From Mobula hypostoma (Eukaryota), in contig NC_086097.1 in assembly GCF_963921235.1 (NCBI RefSeq), forward strand, positions 255,318,001 through 255,382,000: 64,000 nucleotides of DNA. The letters run 5' to 3'. Position numbers and translations under genes: made by a program. Of the stretch, positions 11,837 through 25,312 are shown in pieces. The notes under the pieces were generated by a model. That model saw only the letters and a list, made by a program, of their open reading frames with translations. It did no database searches and was not told where the DNA came from. Positions within the stretch are counted from its first letter, which is position 1. Every line of letters begins with the position of its first letter.

Positions 11837-13099
11837 ACCTTAAAATTATGCCCTCTCGTGCTAGCCATTTCAGCCCTGGGAAAAAACCTCTGACTATCCA
11901 CATGATCAATGCCTCTCATCATCTTAATCACCTCTATCAGGTCACCTCTCATCCTCTGCCACTCCAAGGAGAAAAGACTGAGTTCACTCAGCCTATTCTC
12001 ATATGGCATGATCCCCAATCCAGGCAACATCCTTGTAAATCTCCTCTGCACCCTTTCTATAGTTTCCACATCCTTCCTGTAGTGAGGTGACCAGAACTGA
12101 GCACAGTACTCCAAATGGGGTCTGACCAGGGTCCTACATAACTGTAACATTACCTCTCAGCTCCTAAACTCAATCCCATTGTTGATGAAGGCCAATGCAC
12201 TATATGCCTTCTTAACCACAGAGTCAACCTGCACAGCAGCTTTGAGTTTCCTATGGACTTGGACCCCAAGATCCCTCTGATCCTCCACACTGCCAAGAGT
12301 CTTACCATTAATACTATATTCTGACATCATATTTGACCTACCGAAATGAACCACCGCACCCTTATCTGGGTTGAACTCCATCTGCCACTTCTCAGCCCAG
12401 TTTTGCATCCTATCAATATCCAGCTGTAACCTCTGACAGCCCTCCACATTATCCACAACACCCCCAACCTTTGTGTCATCAGCAAATTTACTAACCCATC
12501 CTTCCACTTCCTCATCCAGGTCATTGATAAAAATCATGAAGAGTAGGGGTCCCAGAACAGATCCCTGAGGCACACCACTGGTCACTGGCCTCCATCTACA
12601 ATATCACCCATCTACAACCACTCTTTGCCTTCTGTGGGCAAGCCAGTTCTGGATCCACAAAGCAATGTCCCCTTGGATCCCATCCCTCCTTACTTTCTCA
12701 ATAAACATTGTATGGGGTACATTATCAAATGCCTTGCTGAAATCCACATACACTACATCTACTGCTCTTCCTTCATCAATGTGTTTAGTCACATCCTCAA
12801 AAAATTCAATCAGGCTCATAAGGCATGACCTTTTTTTTTATTAAGTGCAACCATGAACAATAGCCAGATCAGAAATGCTTATCAAGTCAACTAGTTCCCA
12901 AAGAGAACTACTGCTTTACGTTCATCAATGTGTTTAGTCACATCCTCAAAAAGTACAATCAGGCTCGTAAGGTACGACCTGCCTTTGACAAAGCCATGCT
13001 GACTATTCCTAATCATATTATACCTCTCCAAATGTTCATAACTCCTGCCTCTTAGGATCTGTTCCATCAATTTACCAACCACTGAACCATTGAAGTGAG

Positions 13100-16000
13100 A
13101 TTATACAGTTCAGTATGTGGCTGAGGAGCTGGCCTAGGATAGGGGGTATATGATTTTTGGTTCATTGAACTCTCTTCCAGGGAAGGTGGGACCTGTACAG
13201 AAGGGTGGATTGCACCTGAAATGCAGGGTGCTAATATCCAAGCTTTGTTAATGATGCATGATGCAGTTAAAATTAGAGTTGCAGGGGAATTGGAAACAAT
13301 ATGCCAGAACATTTCGTGGATTGGTTGTGGAGGCAGATGTTGGCAAGACCTCAGACAAAGTTAGGAATCAAAAGGTTGAGTATGGTGTAACAAAATTGAA
13401 AAGGCTGAATACAGGACTGAAGTATTGTATCTGAATGTGTGCAATATACTGAATAAAGTAAATGAACTTGCAGCACAGTTGCAGACTAGCAAGTATGATG
13501 TTGTAGGCATCAAGGAATCATAAGACCATTAGACATGGGAGCAGAATTAGGCCATTCTGCCCATTAAGTCTGCTCTGCCATTCCATCATAGCTGATACAC
13601 ATAAAATTTGCTGGTGAATGCAGCAGGCCAGGCAGCATCTATAGGAAGAGGTTCACCAGCAAGTTTTATGTGTGTTGCTTGAAATTCCAGCATCTGCAGA
13701 TTTCCTCCCGTTTCCATCATGGCTGATCCTGGATCCCACTGAAACCCATACACCTGCCTTCTCACCATATCCTTTGATGCCCTGACCGATCAGGAAATGA
13801 TCAACTTCTGCTTTATATATACTCACAGACTTGGCCTCCACCACAGCTGGTAGCAGAGCATTCCACAGATTTACTACTCTGTGGCTAAAAAATTCCTCCA
13901 TGCCTCTTTTCTAAAAGGTCACCCCCACCCAATCTTGAGGCTGTGCCCTCTAGTTCTGGATACCCCCACCATAGGAAACATCCTCCCCACATTCACCTTA
14001 ACGTTCAGTAGCTTTTAATAAGATCCCCACACATTCTTCTACATTCCAGTAAGTACTCGCCCATAGCTGCCAAATGCTCCTTATATCTTAACTCCTTTAT
14101 TCACAGAATCATCCTCGTGAACCTCCTCTGGACTCTCTCCAAATGAAAACACATCCTTTCTGAGATGTGGGGCCCAAAACTGTTAATAATACTCCAGTAC
14201 AGCCTGACTAGTGTTTTATAAAGCCTCAGCATTATCTCCTTGCTTGTATATTCTGTTCCCCTTGAAATAAATGCCAACATTGAATTTGCTTTCTTAACCA
14301 CAGACTCGACCTGTAAACTAACCTTGTAAGAGTCTTGCACAAGGACTCCTAAGTCTCTCTGAAGCTCTGATGTTTGAACCTTCTCCCATTTGGATTATAG
14401 TCTGTACTTTTGTTCCTTTTACCAAAATGCATTATCATTCATTTCCGAACACTGTATTCCATCTGACACTTTTTTGCCCATTCTTCCAACTTGTCTAAGT
14501 CCTGCTGCAAACACATTGCTTCCTCAGCACTACCTACCCCTCCACCTATCTTCGTATCATCTGCAAACTTTGCCACAAAGCCATCAACTCCATTATCTAG
14601 ATCATTGACAAACAATATGCAAAGCAGCTGTCCCAATACGAATCTCTGAGGAACTCCACTAGTCACGGGCAACCAGCGAGAAAAGGCCCCTTTTATTCCC
14701 ATTCACTGCTTCCTGCCTGTCAGCCATTGCTCAATCCATGCCAGTACCTTTCCTGTAATGCCAAAGGATTTTATCTTGTTAAGCAGCTTCATGAGTGGCA
14801 TATTATCAAATGCTTTCTGAAAATCCAAATAAATGACATCCATTCCTCTCCTTTGTCCACCCTGCTCATTACATTCTCAAAGAACTCTAACAGGTTTGTT
14901 AGTCAAGATTTCCCTTTGCAGATACAATGCTGACTTTATTAGTTTATTAGTTTAAATCACTCCCAACAGATCTAGTAAACCTGCCGGCAAGAATAGCGGA
15001 CCCTCTTGGATTCATGTGCAATTCATATATTTTTGTACAGGTCCCACCTGACCCAGAAGAGGTCTCAATTATCCAGAATTCTGAATCCCTGCCCCCTGCT
15101 CCCTGCTCCAATCTTTCAGCCATGCATTTATCTGCCACCTCATTCTATTCCTATCCTCACCGTCATATGACTAACCTTGAGTCCTACTTCTCAGCTTCCT
15201 TTTGAACTCCCCGTATTCTGTTTTTAGGACCTCCGCCCTTTTTCTACCTATGTCGTTGGTACCAATATGTGCCACGAATTCTGGCTGCTCAAACTCCCTT
15301 TTCAGGATATTGTGGACATGTTCAGAAACATCACCAACACTGGCACTTCAGAGGCAAACTACCATCCCTGTTTCTTTTTCACATCTACAGAATCACCTAT
15401 CTGTCCCCCTAACTATAGAGTCCCCTTTTACTGCTGCCATCCTCTCAGTTCCATAAGACCATAAGACCAGAAGACAAAGTCGGCCATTCGGCCCATCGAG
15501 TCTGCTCTGCCATTTTATCATGAGCTGATCCATTCTCCCATTTAGTCACACTCCCCCGCCTTCTCACTATAGCCTTTGATGCCCTGGCTACTCAGATACC
15601 TATCAATCTCTGCCTTAAATACACCCAATGACTTGGCCTCCACTGCCGCCTGTGGCAACAATTTCCATAGATTCACCACCCTCTGGCTAAAAAAATTTCT
15701 TCACATTTCTGTTCTGAATGGGCGCCCTTCAATCCTTAAGTCATGCCCTCTCGTACTAGACTCCCCCATCATGGGAAACAACTTTGCCACATCCACTCTG
15801 TCCATGCCTTTTAACATTTGAAATGTTTCTATCAGGTCCCCCCTCATTCTTCTAAACTCCAAGGAGTACAGTCCAAGAGCGGACAAATGTTCCTCATATG
15901 TTAACCCTCTCATTCCCAGAATCATTCTAGTGAATCTTCTCTGTACCCTCTCCAACGTCAGCACATCCTTTCTTAAATAAGGAGACCAAAACTGCCCACA

Positions 16001-16735
16001 GTACTCCAAGTGAGGTCTTACCAGTGCCTTATAGAGCCTCAGCATCACATCCCTGCTCCTGTACTTTATTCTTCTAGAAATGAATGCCAACATTGTATTC
16101 ACCTTCTTCACCACCAACTCAACCTGGAGGTTAAGGGTATCCTACACAAGGACTCCCAAGTCCCATTGCATCTCAAAACTTTGAATTCTCTCCCCATTTA
16201 AATAATAGCCTGCCCGTTTATTTCTCCTACCAAACTGCATGACCATACATTTTCCAACATTGTATTTCATTTGCCACTTCTTTGCCCATTCTTCCAAGTC
16301 ACTCTGCAGACTTTCTGTTTCCTCAGCACTACCGGCCCCTCTACCTATCTTTGTATCATCAGCAAACAGCCACAAAGCCATCTATTCCATAATCCAAATC
16401 GTTGATGTACAACGTAATAAGAAGCGGCCCCAACACAGACCCCTGTGGAACATCACTGGTAACCGGCAGCCAACCAGAATAGGATCCCTTTATTCCCACT
16501 CTCTGTTTCCTGCCAATCAGCCAACGCTCTATCCACGTATGTAACTTTCCCGTAATTCCATGGGTCTTATCTTGTTAAGTAGCCTCATGTGTGGCACCTT
16601 GTCAAAGGCCTTCTGAAAATCCAAATATACAACATCCACTGCATCTTCCTTGTCTAGCCTACTTGTAATTTCCTCAAAAATTTGCAATAGGTTTGTCAGG
16701 CAGGATTTTCCTTTGAGGAAACCATGCTGAGTTCT
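13100..16735. mobile_element. Nested CR1 fragments (13100-13515 +; 13520-14935 -; ORF1 14945-15450 -; 15455-16735 -)
   Basis: CR1 RT and esterase motifs in ORFs 14439-14702, 15701-16117, 16529-16819; ataagacc-type tails at ~13520 and ~15455. Confidence 0.8.
13597..13711. mobile_element. Miniature inverted PLE-terminus insertion
   Basis: Two opposed fragments of the PLE 3' end, flanked by a 16-bp TSD ttccatcat(a/g)gctgat (13581-13596 / 13712-13727). Confidence 0.75.
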
Positions 16736-16739
16736 GCCG

Positions 16740-19700
16740 AACTGCTGTGGAAGGCGGCCATTGAGTGAGTGGGCCAGTGAAGGAGTGGAGCTTTGAGGCT
16801 TTGAATGGAGAGGATTCAACGAGAAGAGGCAGTGACAAACTTGCTCGCAGTTAGTCTTTACAATGCCTCCTGAGACGGTGATGTGCCTCTCATGTGAGAT
16901 GTGGCAGTCTTGGGGGAACGCCCCTCTCCCGCAGAGTCACATCTGCCAGAAGTGCATACGGCTGGGCGATCTAGAAGACCGTGTAAGGAATCTGGAGCAG
17001 CAGCTGGGTGACCTTCGACTCATAAGGGAGAATGAGGCAGTCATAGATGAGAGCTACAGGAGGTAGTCACACCTAGGCTGTCGGAAGCAGGTCGTTGGGT
17101 GACAGTCAGAGGGAGGAAAGCGAAGGTGAGCAGACAGGTAGTGCAGAGCACCCCCGTAGCCATTCCCCTGGATAATAAGTTTACCGTCCTGGATACTGTT
17201 GGCGGGGACGACCGACCAGGTGTGAGCCACGGTGGCGGGCCATCTGGCACTGAGTCTGACCCTGTGGTGCAGAAGGGTGGGACGGAGAAGAGGAGAGCTG
17301 TCGTCATTGGAGACTCTATAGTCAGGGGAGCAGGCAGGAGTTTTGTGGACGTGAGAAGGACACCCGCATGGTTTGTTGCCTCCCGGGTGCCAGGGTTCGG
17401 GATGTCTCTGACCGGGTGCACAACATCCTGGTACGAGAGGGAAAGCAACTAGAAGTCGTGATACATGTTGGTACCAACGACATAGGCAGGAAGAGGGATG
17501 AAATCCTGAAGCGTGAGATTTGGGAACTAGGCAAAAGGCTGAAGAACAGGACCTCAAGGGTGGCGTTCTCAGGATTGCTGCCAGCGCTACGTGACAGTGA
17601 TGGTAAGAATTGGAGGAGATGGCAGTTGAATGTGTGGCTGAGGAGTTGGTGCAGCGAGCAGGGTTTTAGATTTTTGGATCATTGGGATCTCTTCTGGGGA
17701 AGGTGGGACCCGTACAGATTGGATGGGTTGCACCTGAACTCGAGGGTGAGCAATACCCTGGCAGGTAGGTTTGCTAGCATGGTTCAGGAGGGTTTAAACT
17801 AATTTGCAAGGGGGATGGGACCCAGAGCAATAGAGCAGTGAAAGAAGTGCATGGAGTAAAGCCAGATCTAACATATAGAGAGGCTTTGAGGAAAGCGAAG
17901 CAGAATAAACGGTGTAAAGATGGTAAGGTAGAAGGGCTGAAATGTGTGCACCTCAATGCAAGAAGCATCAAGAACAAAGGTGATGAACTGAGAGCTTGGA
18001 TACGTACATGGAATTATGATGTTGTGGCCATTACAGAAACTTGGCTGGCACCAGGGCAGGAAAGGATTCTCAATATTCCTGGATTTCAGTGCTTTAAAAG
18101 GGATAGAGGGGGGAAAAGGGGAGGAGGGGTGTCATTACTGGTCAGGGATACAATTACAGCTACAGAAAGGGTGGGTAATGTAGCAGGATCCCCTTTTGAG
18201 TCAGTATGGGTGGAAGTCAGGAACAGGAAGGGAGCAGTTACTCTATTGGGGGTATTCTATAGTCCTCCTGCTAGCAGCAGAGATACAGAGGAGCAGATTG
18301 GGAGGCAGATTTTGGAAAAGTGCAAAAATAACAAGGTTGTTATCATGGGTAACTTTAACTTCCCTAATATTGATTGTCACCTGATTAGTTCCAAGGGTTT
18401 AGATGGGGCAGAGTTTGTTAAGTGTGTCCAGGACGGATTCCTGTCACAGTATGTGGACAGGCAAACTATGGGGAATGCCATACTAGATGTAGTATTAGGT
18501 AATGAACCAGGTCAGGTCACAGATCCCTCAGTGGGTGAGCATCTGGGGGACAGTGACCACCGCTCCCTGGCCTTTAGCATTATCATGGAAAAGGATAGAA
18601 TCAGAGAGGACAGGAAAATTTTTAATTTGGGAAGGGCAAATTATGAGGCTATAAGACTAGAACTTGCGGGTGTGAATTGGGATGATGCTTTTGCAGGGAA
18701 ATGTACTATGGACATGTGGTCGATGTTTAGAGATCTCTTGCAGGATGTTCGGGATAAATTTGTCCCGGTGAGGAAGATAAAGAATGGTAGGGTGAAGGAA
18801 CCATGGGTGACAAGTGAGGTGGAAAATCCAGTCAGGTGGAAGAAGGCAGCATACATGAAGTTTAGGAAGCAAGGATCAGATGGGCCTATCGAGGAATATA
18901 GGGAAGCAAGAAAGGAGCTTAAGAAGGGGCTGAGAAGAGCAAGAAGGGGGCATGAGAAGACCTTGGTGAGCAGGGTAAAGGAAAACCCCAAGGCATTCTT
19001 CATTTATTTGAAGGAAAAAAGGATGACAGGAGTGAAGGTAGGACCGATTGGAGATAAAGGTAGGAAGATGTGCCTGGAGGCTGTGGAAGTGAGTGAAGTC
19101 CTCAATGAATACTTCTCTTTGGTATTCACCAATGAGAGGGAACTTGATGATGGTGAGGACAATATGAGTGAGGTTGACGTTCTGGAACATGTTGATATTA
19201 AGGTAGAGGAGGTGTTGGAGTTGTTAAAATACATTAGGACAGATAAGTCCCCGGGGCCTGACGGAATATTCCCCTGGCTGCTCCACGAGGCGAGGGAAGA
19301 GATTGCTGAGCCTCCGGCTAGGATCTTTATGTCCTCATTTTCCGCAGGAATGGTACGGGAGGATTGAAGGGAGGCAAATGTTGTCCCCTTGTTCAAAAAA
19401 GGTAGTAGGGATAGTCCGGGAAATTATAGACCAGTGATCCTTACGTTTGTGGTGGGAAAGTTGTTGAAAAAGATTCTTAGAGATAGGATCTCTGGGCATT
19501 TAGAGAATCATGGTCTGATCAGGTTCAGTTAGCATGGCTTTGTGAAGGGCAGATCGTGTCTAACAAGCCTGATGGAGTTCTTTGAGGAGGTGACCAGGCA
19601 TATAGATGAGGGTAGTGCAGTGGATGTGATCTATACGGATTTTAGTAAGGCATTTGACAAGGTTCCACACGGTAGGCTTATTCAGAAAATCAGAAGGCAT

Positions 19701-20567
19701 GCGATCCAGGAAAGTTTACCCAGGTGGATTCAGAATTGGCTTGCCCGCAGAAGGCAGAGGGTCATGGTGGAGGGAGTACATTCAGATTGGAGGATTGTGA
19801 CTAGTGGTGTCCCACAAGGATCTGTTCTGGGACCTCTACTTTTTGTGATTTTTTCTTAACGACCTGGATGTGGGGGTAGAAGGGTGGGCTGGTAAGTTTA
19901 CAGATGACACAAAGGTTGGTGGTGGTGTAGATAGTGTAGAGGATTGTCAAAGATTGCAGGTCGATAGGGTAGTTAAGAAAGCTTATGGGGTGTTAGCTTT
20001 CAATAGTCAAGTGATAGAGTTTATGAGTCATGATGCAATGATGCAGCTCTATAAAACTCTGGTTAGGCCACACTTGGAGTACTGTACTATAGGAAGGAAA
20101 GGGTACAGAGGAGATTTACCAGAATGCTGCCTGGTTTAGAGAGTATGCATTATGATCAGAGATTAAGGGAGCTAGGGCTTTACTCTTTGGAGAGAAGGAG
20201 GATGAGAGGAGACATGACAGAGGTATACAAGATAATAAGAGGAATAGATAGAATGGATTGCCAGCGCCTCTTTCCCAGGGCACCACTGCTCAATACAAGA
20301 GGACATGGCTTTAAGGTAATGGGGTGGGAAGTTCAAGGGGGATATTAGAGGAAGGTTTTTCACTCAGAGAGTGGTTGGTGCGTGGAATGCACTGCCTGAG
20401 TCAGTGGTGGAGGCAGATACACTAGTGAAGTTTAAGAGACTACTGGACAGGTATATGGAGGAATTTAAGGTAGGGGCTTATATGGGAGGCAGGGTTTAAG
20501 GATCGGCACAACATTGTGGGCCGAAGGGCCTGTACTGTGCTGTACCATTCTATGTTCTATGTTCTAT
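16740..20567 (+). mobile_element. Near full-length CR1 LINE (ORF1 Zn-finger/leucine zipper plus esterase; ORF2 APE endonuclease plus RT), inactivated
   Basis: ORF1: CxxCxMW..HxCxxC (16863), esterase (17368-17802). ORF2: NARSIKNK, ITETWL, GNFN, SDH (17838-19367), RT (19542-20348) with stops and deletions; (TTCTATG)n tail at ~20548-20566. Confidence 0.92.
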
Positions 20568-20789
20568 ATGCCTCCAGGTACTCCGTAACCTCATCCTTGG
20601 CAATCGACTCCAACAATTTCCCAACCACCGATGTCATATAACCATATAACCATATAACAATTACAGCATGGAAACAGGCCATCTGAGCCTTTCTAGTCCA
20701 TTCTGAACTCTTAGCCTCACCTGGTCCCACCAACCTGCACTCAGCCCATAACCCTCCATTCCTTTCCTGTCCATATATCTATTCAATTT

Positions 20790-21210
20790 AACTGACCAGA
20801 AGTGCACTGAGAGCGGTAAGCGTGAAGGAGTTGGGTGCTTACTGTTCTGGTTAACAACAGATGGTGCAATTGGGTCATATTACGATCGAGGAACGTGTTT
20901 GTAGACTGGGTATTGAACTTTTTACTGTTGCACTTCGGCCACATTCCACCGTGATACAACACTTGGCGGCACGAGAGGTCGTTCCTGCCTGTGGCCATCG
21001 AACTTGCAGCTCCTCCCGTGGAGGGTCAGACACCCTGAGCCAATAGACTGGTCCTGGACTTTTTTTGATCTGGCATAGTTGTGCATTTTGTTGTTTGATT
21101 GTTCGTGGTTTTGGTATTGCTATATTTATGTTCTATTCTTGGTTGGTGCGGCTGTAATGAAACCCAATTTCCCTCGGGATCAATAAAGTATATCTACCTA
21201 TCTATCTATC
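20790..21210 (+). mobile_element. Probable LINE/SINE 3' end ending in ...gggatcaataaagta + (TATC)n
   Basis: Same terminal motif (aaccaatttcccycgggatcaataaagtat) as 47461-47500, where it adjoins a Rex1-type fragment. Confidence 0.5.
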
Positions 21211-23508
21211 TTTAAATGACAACATCGAACCTGCCTCAACCACTTCTGCTGGAAGCTCGTTCCACACAGCTACCACTCTCTGAGTAAAGAAGTTCCCCCT
21301 CATGTTACCCCTAAACTTTTGCCCTTTAATTCTCAACTCATGTCCTCTTGTTTGAATCTCCCCCACTCTCAATGGAAAAAGCCTATCCACGTCAACTCTA
21401 TCTATCCCCCTCATAATTTTAAATACCTCTATCAAGTTCCCCCCTTAACCTTCTATGCTCCAAAGAATAAAGACCTAACTTGTTCAACCTTTCTCTGTAA
21501 CTTAAGAGATGAAACCCAGGCAACATTTTGGTAAATCTCCGCTGTATTCTCTCAATTTTATTGACATCTTTCCTATAATTCCACCTTCAGGGAACTATGC
21601 ACCATTATTCCTAGATCCCTCTGTTCTACTGCATTCTTCAATGCCCTACCATTTACCATGTATGCCCTATTTTGATTAGTCCTACCAAAATGTAGCACCT
21701 CACATTTATCAGCATTAAACTTCATCTGCCATCTTTCAACCCACTCTTCTAACTGGCCTAATTCTGTCTGCAAGCTTTGAAAACCAACTACATTATCCAC
21801 AACTCCACCTATCTTAGTATTATCTGCATACTTACTAATCCAATTTACCACCCCATCATCCAGATCATTAATATATATGACAAACAACATTGGACCCAGT
21901 ACAGATCCCTGAGGCACACCACTAGACACCAGCCACAACATTATAGCTCCAAGTACTGATCCATGCTCTAAGCTCATCAGCTTTGTTCATAATATTCCTT
22001 GCATTAAAATAGAGACATCTCAAACCATTGGTCTGAGTGCATCCTTTCTTGATCACCTGCGCCTCCTCCCTCTCACACTGTCTCCAATCTTTCTTTATTT
22101 GTGTCTACAAGCTTTCTTTCTTTATGTCATGTGGCATGTGGCCAAGTGGGTAAGGCATCAGTCTAGTGATCTGAAGGTTGCTAGTTCGAGCCTCAGCTGA
22201 GGCAGTGTGTTGTGTCCTTGAGCAAGGCACTTAACCACACATTGCTCTGCGACGACACCGGTGCCAAGCTGTATGGGTCCTAATGCCCTTCCCTTGGACA
22301 ACATCAGTGTCGTGGAGAGGGGACATTTGCAGCATGGGCAACTTCTGGTCTTCCATACAACCTTGCCCAGGCCTCAGTCAACATCGAAATCGATGGGTAG
22401 CCGAAGAAGAAGAAGACTTGTGAGCCAACCGTCTCTCCTGTTTGGTTCCCACCCCCCAGCAATCCTAGTTTAAACTCTCTCCAATAGTCTTAGCAAACCT
22501 CCCCGCCAGGATATTGGTCCCCCTGGGATTCAAGTACAACCCATCCTTTTTGTACAGATCACACCTGCCCCAAAAGAGGTCCCAAAGATGCAGAATACTG
22601 AATACCCTGCCCCTGCTCCAATCCCTCAGCCACGCATTTATCCTCCACCTCACTCTATTCCTATACTCACTGTCGCGTGGCACAGGCAGTAATCCTGAGA
22701 TTACTACCTTTGTGGTCCTGCTTCTCAACTTCCTTCCTAACTCCCTGTAGTCTGTTTCAGGACCTCCTCTCTTTTTCTGCCCATATTGTTGGTAGCAATA
22801 TGTACCACGATCTCTGGCTGTTCTCCTTCCCACTTCAGGATATCTTGGACGCGATCAGAAACATCCTGGACCCTGGCAGGTGGGAGGCAAACTACCATCC
22901 GTGTTTCCTTTCTTCGCCCACAGAATCGCCTGTCTGACCTCTAACTATCGAGTCCCCTATCACTGCTGCCATCCTCTTCCTTTCCCTACCCTTCTGAGCC
23001 ACAGGGCCGGACTCTGTGCCGGAGGCACAGCCACTGTTGCTTCCCCCAGGTGGGCTGTCCCCCCCAGACAGTACTCAAAAAGGAGTACTTATTGTCAAGG
23101 GGTACAGTCATAGGGGTACTCTCTAGCCTCTAACTCTTCCCCTTCCCTCTCCTGACTGTTACCCACTTATCTGTCTCCCATGGCCTATAACTCCTTTCTA
23201 TCACCTCCTCACTCTCCCTGACCAGACGAAGGTCATCGAGCTGCAACTCCAGTTCCCTAACTCGGTCTCTAAGGAGCTGCAGCTCAACGTACCCGTTGCA
23301 GATGTGGCCGTCCAGGAGGCTGGGAGTCTCCTGGACCTCCCACATCTGACACCGAGCACAGAACACCAGCCTCACACCCATACTTCCTGTCAGTATTCTA
23401 CTCAGGCAACCTACCTCGCCTCGACCTGTTAACGCTGAAGCCTTCCTACTCTGCCTCCCTCTACTATATCGCCTGCTCCTCCTGCACCCACTCTATCAGG
23501 CTGTCTCC
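21205..23508 (-). mobile_element. CR1 fragments: ORF2 3' part (21205-21935) and ORF1/5' end (21940-23508), the latter split by a SINE
   Basis: RT motifs in ORF 21573-21977; esterase in 22465-22833; Zn finger in 23130-23381. Confidence 0.85.
22131..22416 (+). mobile_element. tRNA-derived SINE with CORE-like central domain and (GAA)n tail
   Basis: Pol III A box TGGCCAAGTGG (22139-22149), B box GTTCGAGCC (22184-22192), core gtgtccttgagcaaggcacttaacc (22212-22236), (GAA)4 tail; ttgtg repeated on both flanks. Confidence 0.8.
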
Positions 23509-23686
23509 TTTTCTTTTTCAATATTTTTATTAATTTGATTTCTATATACTGTATATAAGAATACAGAGTTCAAGAGAATACATATTATAAACAAAAAACA
23601 ACATATAATAATACCAGATACAGTATATTGAATCACATTAACAAACTCCTTACTCTATATTCATATGGATTAGATTAGTTCATATA

Positions 23687-25312
23687 CTGGTGTCCCCCGC
23701 TTTTCGAATGTTCACTTTATAAAGCCTCACTGTTACGAAAGACCTACATTAGTACCCTGTTTTCGCTTTCAGAAGGTGTTTTCACTGTTACGAAAAAAAT
23801 CAGTGCGCGATAAAAGGCAGCGCGCGCCCCGAGCAGCCGCTCTCCCCGGATTTGGAACTGCTTTGCTTAAACACGTACCTGTGAGCAGCCGTTTGCAAGA
23901 TGAGTTCTATGGTATCGGAAAAGCCTGAAAGAGCTCGTAAGGGTGTTACACTTGGTGTAAAACTAGACATAATTAAGCGTTTAATTTAGTTGAGGCCGGT
24001 TCATTGGCTATATTTAAGAGGGAGTTAGATATGGCCCTTGTGGCTACGGGGGTCAGGGGGTATGGAGGGAAGGCTGGGGCGGGGTTCTGAGTTGGATGAT
24101 CAACCATGATCATAATAAATGGCGGTGCAGGCTTGAAGGGCCGAATGGCCTACTCCTGCACCTATTTTCTATGTTTCTATGTTTCTATGTTTCGATTGTG
24201 GTGAACGAAGTAAGGACAACGTGAGTTTGGCTTGTGGAAGCTGATGAAGATGATGTTGAAGAGGTTTTGGCATCCCATGACCAAGAACTGACAGATGAAG
24301 AGCTGATGAAATTGGAAGAAAAAAGGATAACAACCGAAACCGAATGAGTAATGATAAAGTACGACTTTAATTTTGAAAGGGTACGTCGGTTTAGGAGATA
24401 TTTGCAGGACGGTTTGAGTCCTTATTAAAGAACTGAGTGATAGAAAAATGCGCGAGGCTCAGCAGTCAAGCAAGCCTTCCACATCAGCCACACCAGACGA
24501 CGAACCTCGACCTTCGACATCGAGGCAGGCAGAGATAGAAGAAGATGAGCTGCCTGCTCTAATGGAAACAGGCGACGAAATGACACCCCAGTGTCCCACC
24601 ACCCCAACCCCCAGGCCACGGACAGATACCGATTCGTGGAAAATGCAACGGTAGCCGGGAGACACACAGCACATCTTTAAGAAAAAAGCCGAAATAAACA
24701 TGCTAATTAATTAGGTGCTGCCGACACGTAATTGTCAGCCCAGATCAGAGACGCATGTTTCGGTTGGTGGCCTGGAGGGTGGGGGCCACTGCACCACCCA
24801 AACTGCGACAACTTAGTCTAACACACCATCATCAGTGTGCCCGGCAAGCTATCTTCCCGATTCCCATAAGTGATACTACACTGTACATACATTATTTCTA
24901 CTTTATATAGGCTGTGTATTTTTACATGTTACTTGGTATGATTTGGCAGCTTCATAGCTTAAAGGTTACTGGAGAGAGTGTTCTTGCCATCAGCGCTTGC
25001 TTGATATTTTCTGTCAATGGCGCCTGCGTGAGATTTTCGCTATGGAGAACAGTTCAGTAATGATTGTAGAAAAGTATTTCTACTTTATATAGGCTATGTA
25101 TTTATCATATCATTCCTCCTTTTACTATACGTTACTGTTATTTTAGGTTTTATGTGTTATTTGGCATGATTTGGTAGGTTAGTTTTGGGTCTGCGAATGC
25201 TCACAAAATTTTCCCATATAAATAAATGGTAATTGCTTCTTCGCTTTACAACATTTCGGCTTACGAACCACTTCACAGGAACGCTCTACCTTCAGATGGT
25301 GGGGGAAACCTG
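23687..25312 (+). mobile_element. Tigger/pogo-family DNA transposon, internal deletion derivative
   Basis: Imperfect TIRs ctggtgtcccccgc / gtgggggaaacctg flanked by TA (23685-23686, 25313-25314). CENP-B-type N-terminal HTH RKGVTLGVKLDIIKRF..GE (from ~23900) and acidic C-terminal DVEEVLASHDQELTDEEL; no DDE domain seen. Confidence 0.8.
23987..24192 (+). mobile_element. Young CR1 3' end inserted in the Tigger element
   Basis: Near-identical to the 3' ends of the copies at 41175 and 47500; (CTATGTTT)n tail. Confidence 0.85.

Larger units (their letters stand above)
9857..13085 (-). mobile_element. CR1 3' half, interrupted by a PLE at 10135-11836
   Basis: RT ORFs 12157-12585, 12604-12819, 11734-12150; 3' tail at ~9857; host sequence rejoins across the PLE TSD. 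Confidence 0.85.

Noticed and set aside
22131..22200. tRNA gene
   Set aside because: The A and B boxes continue into a SINE core and tail; no convincing cloverleaf.
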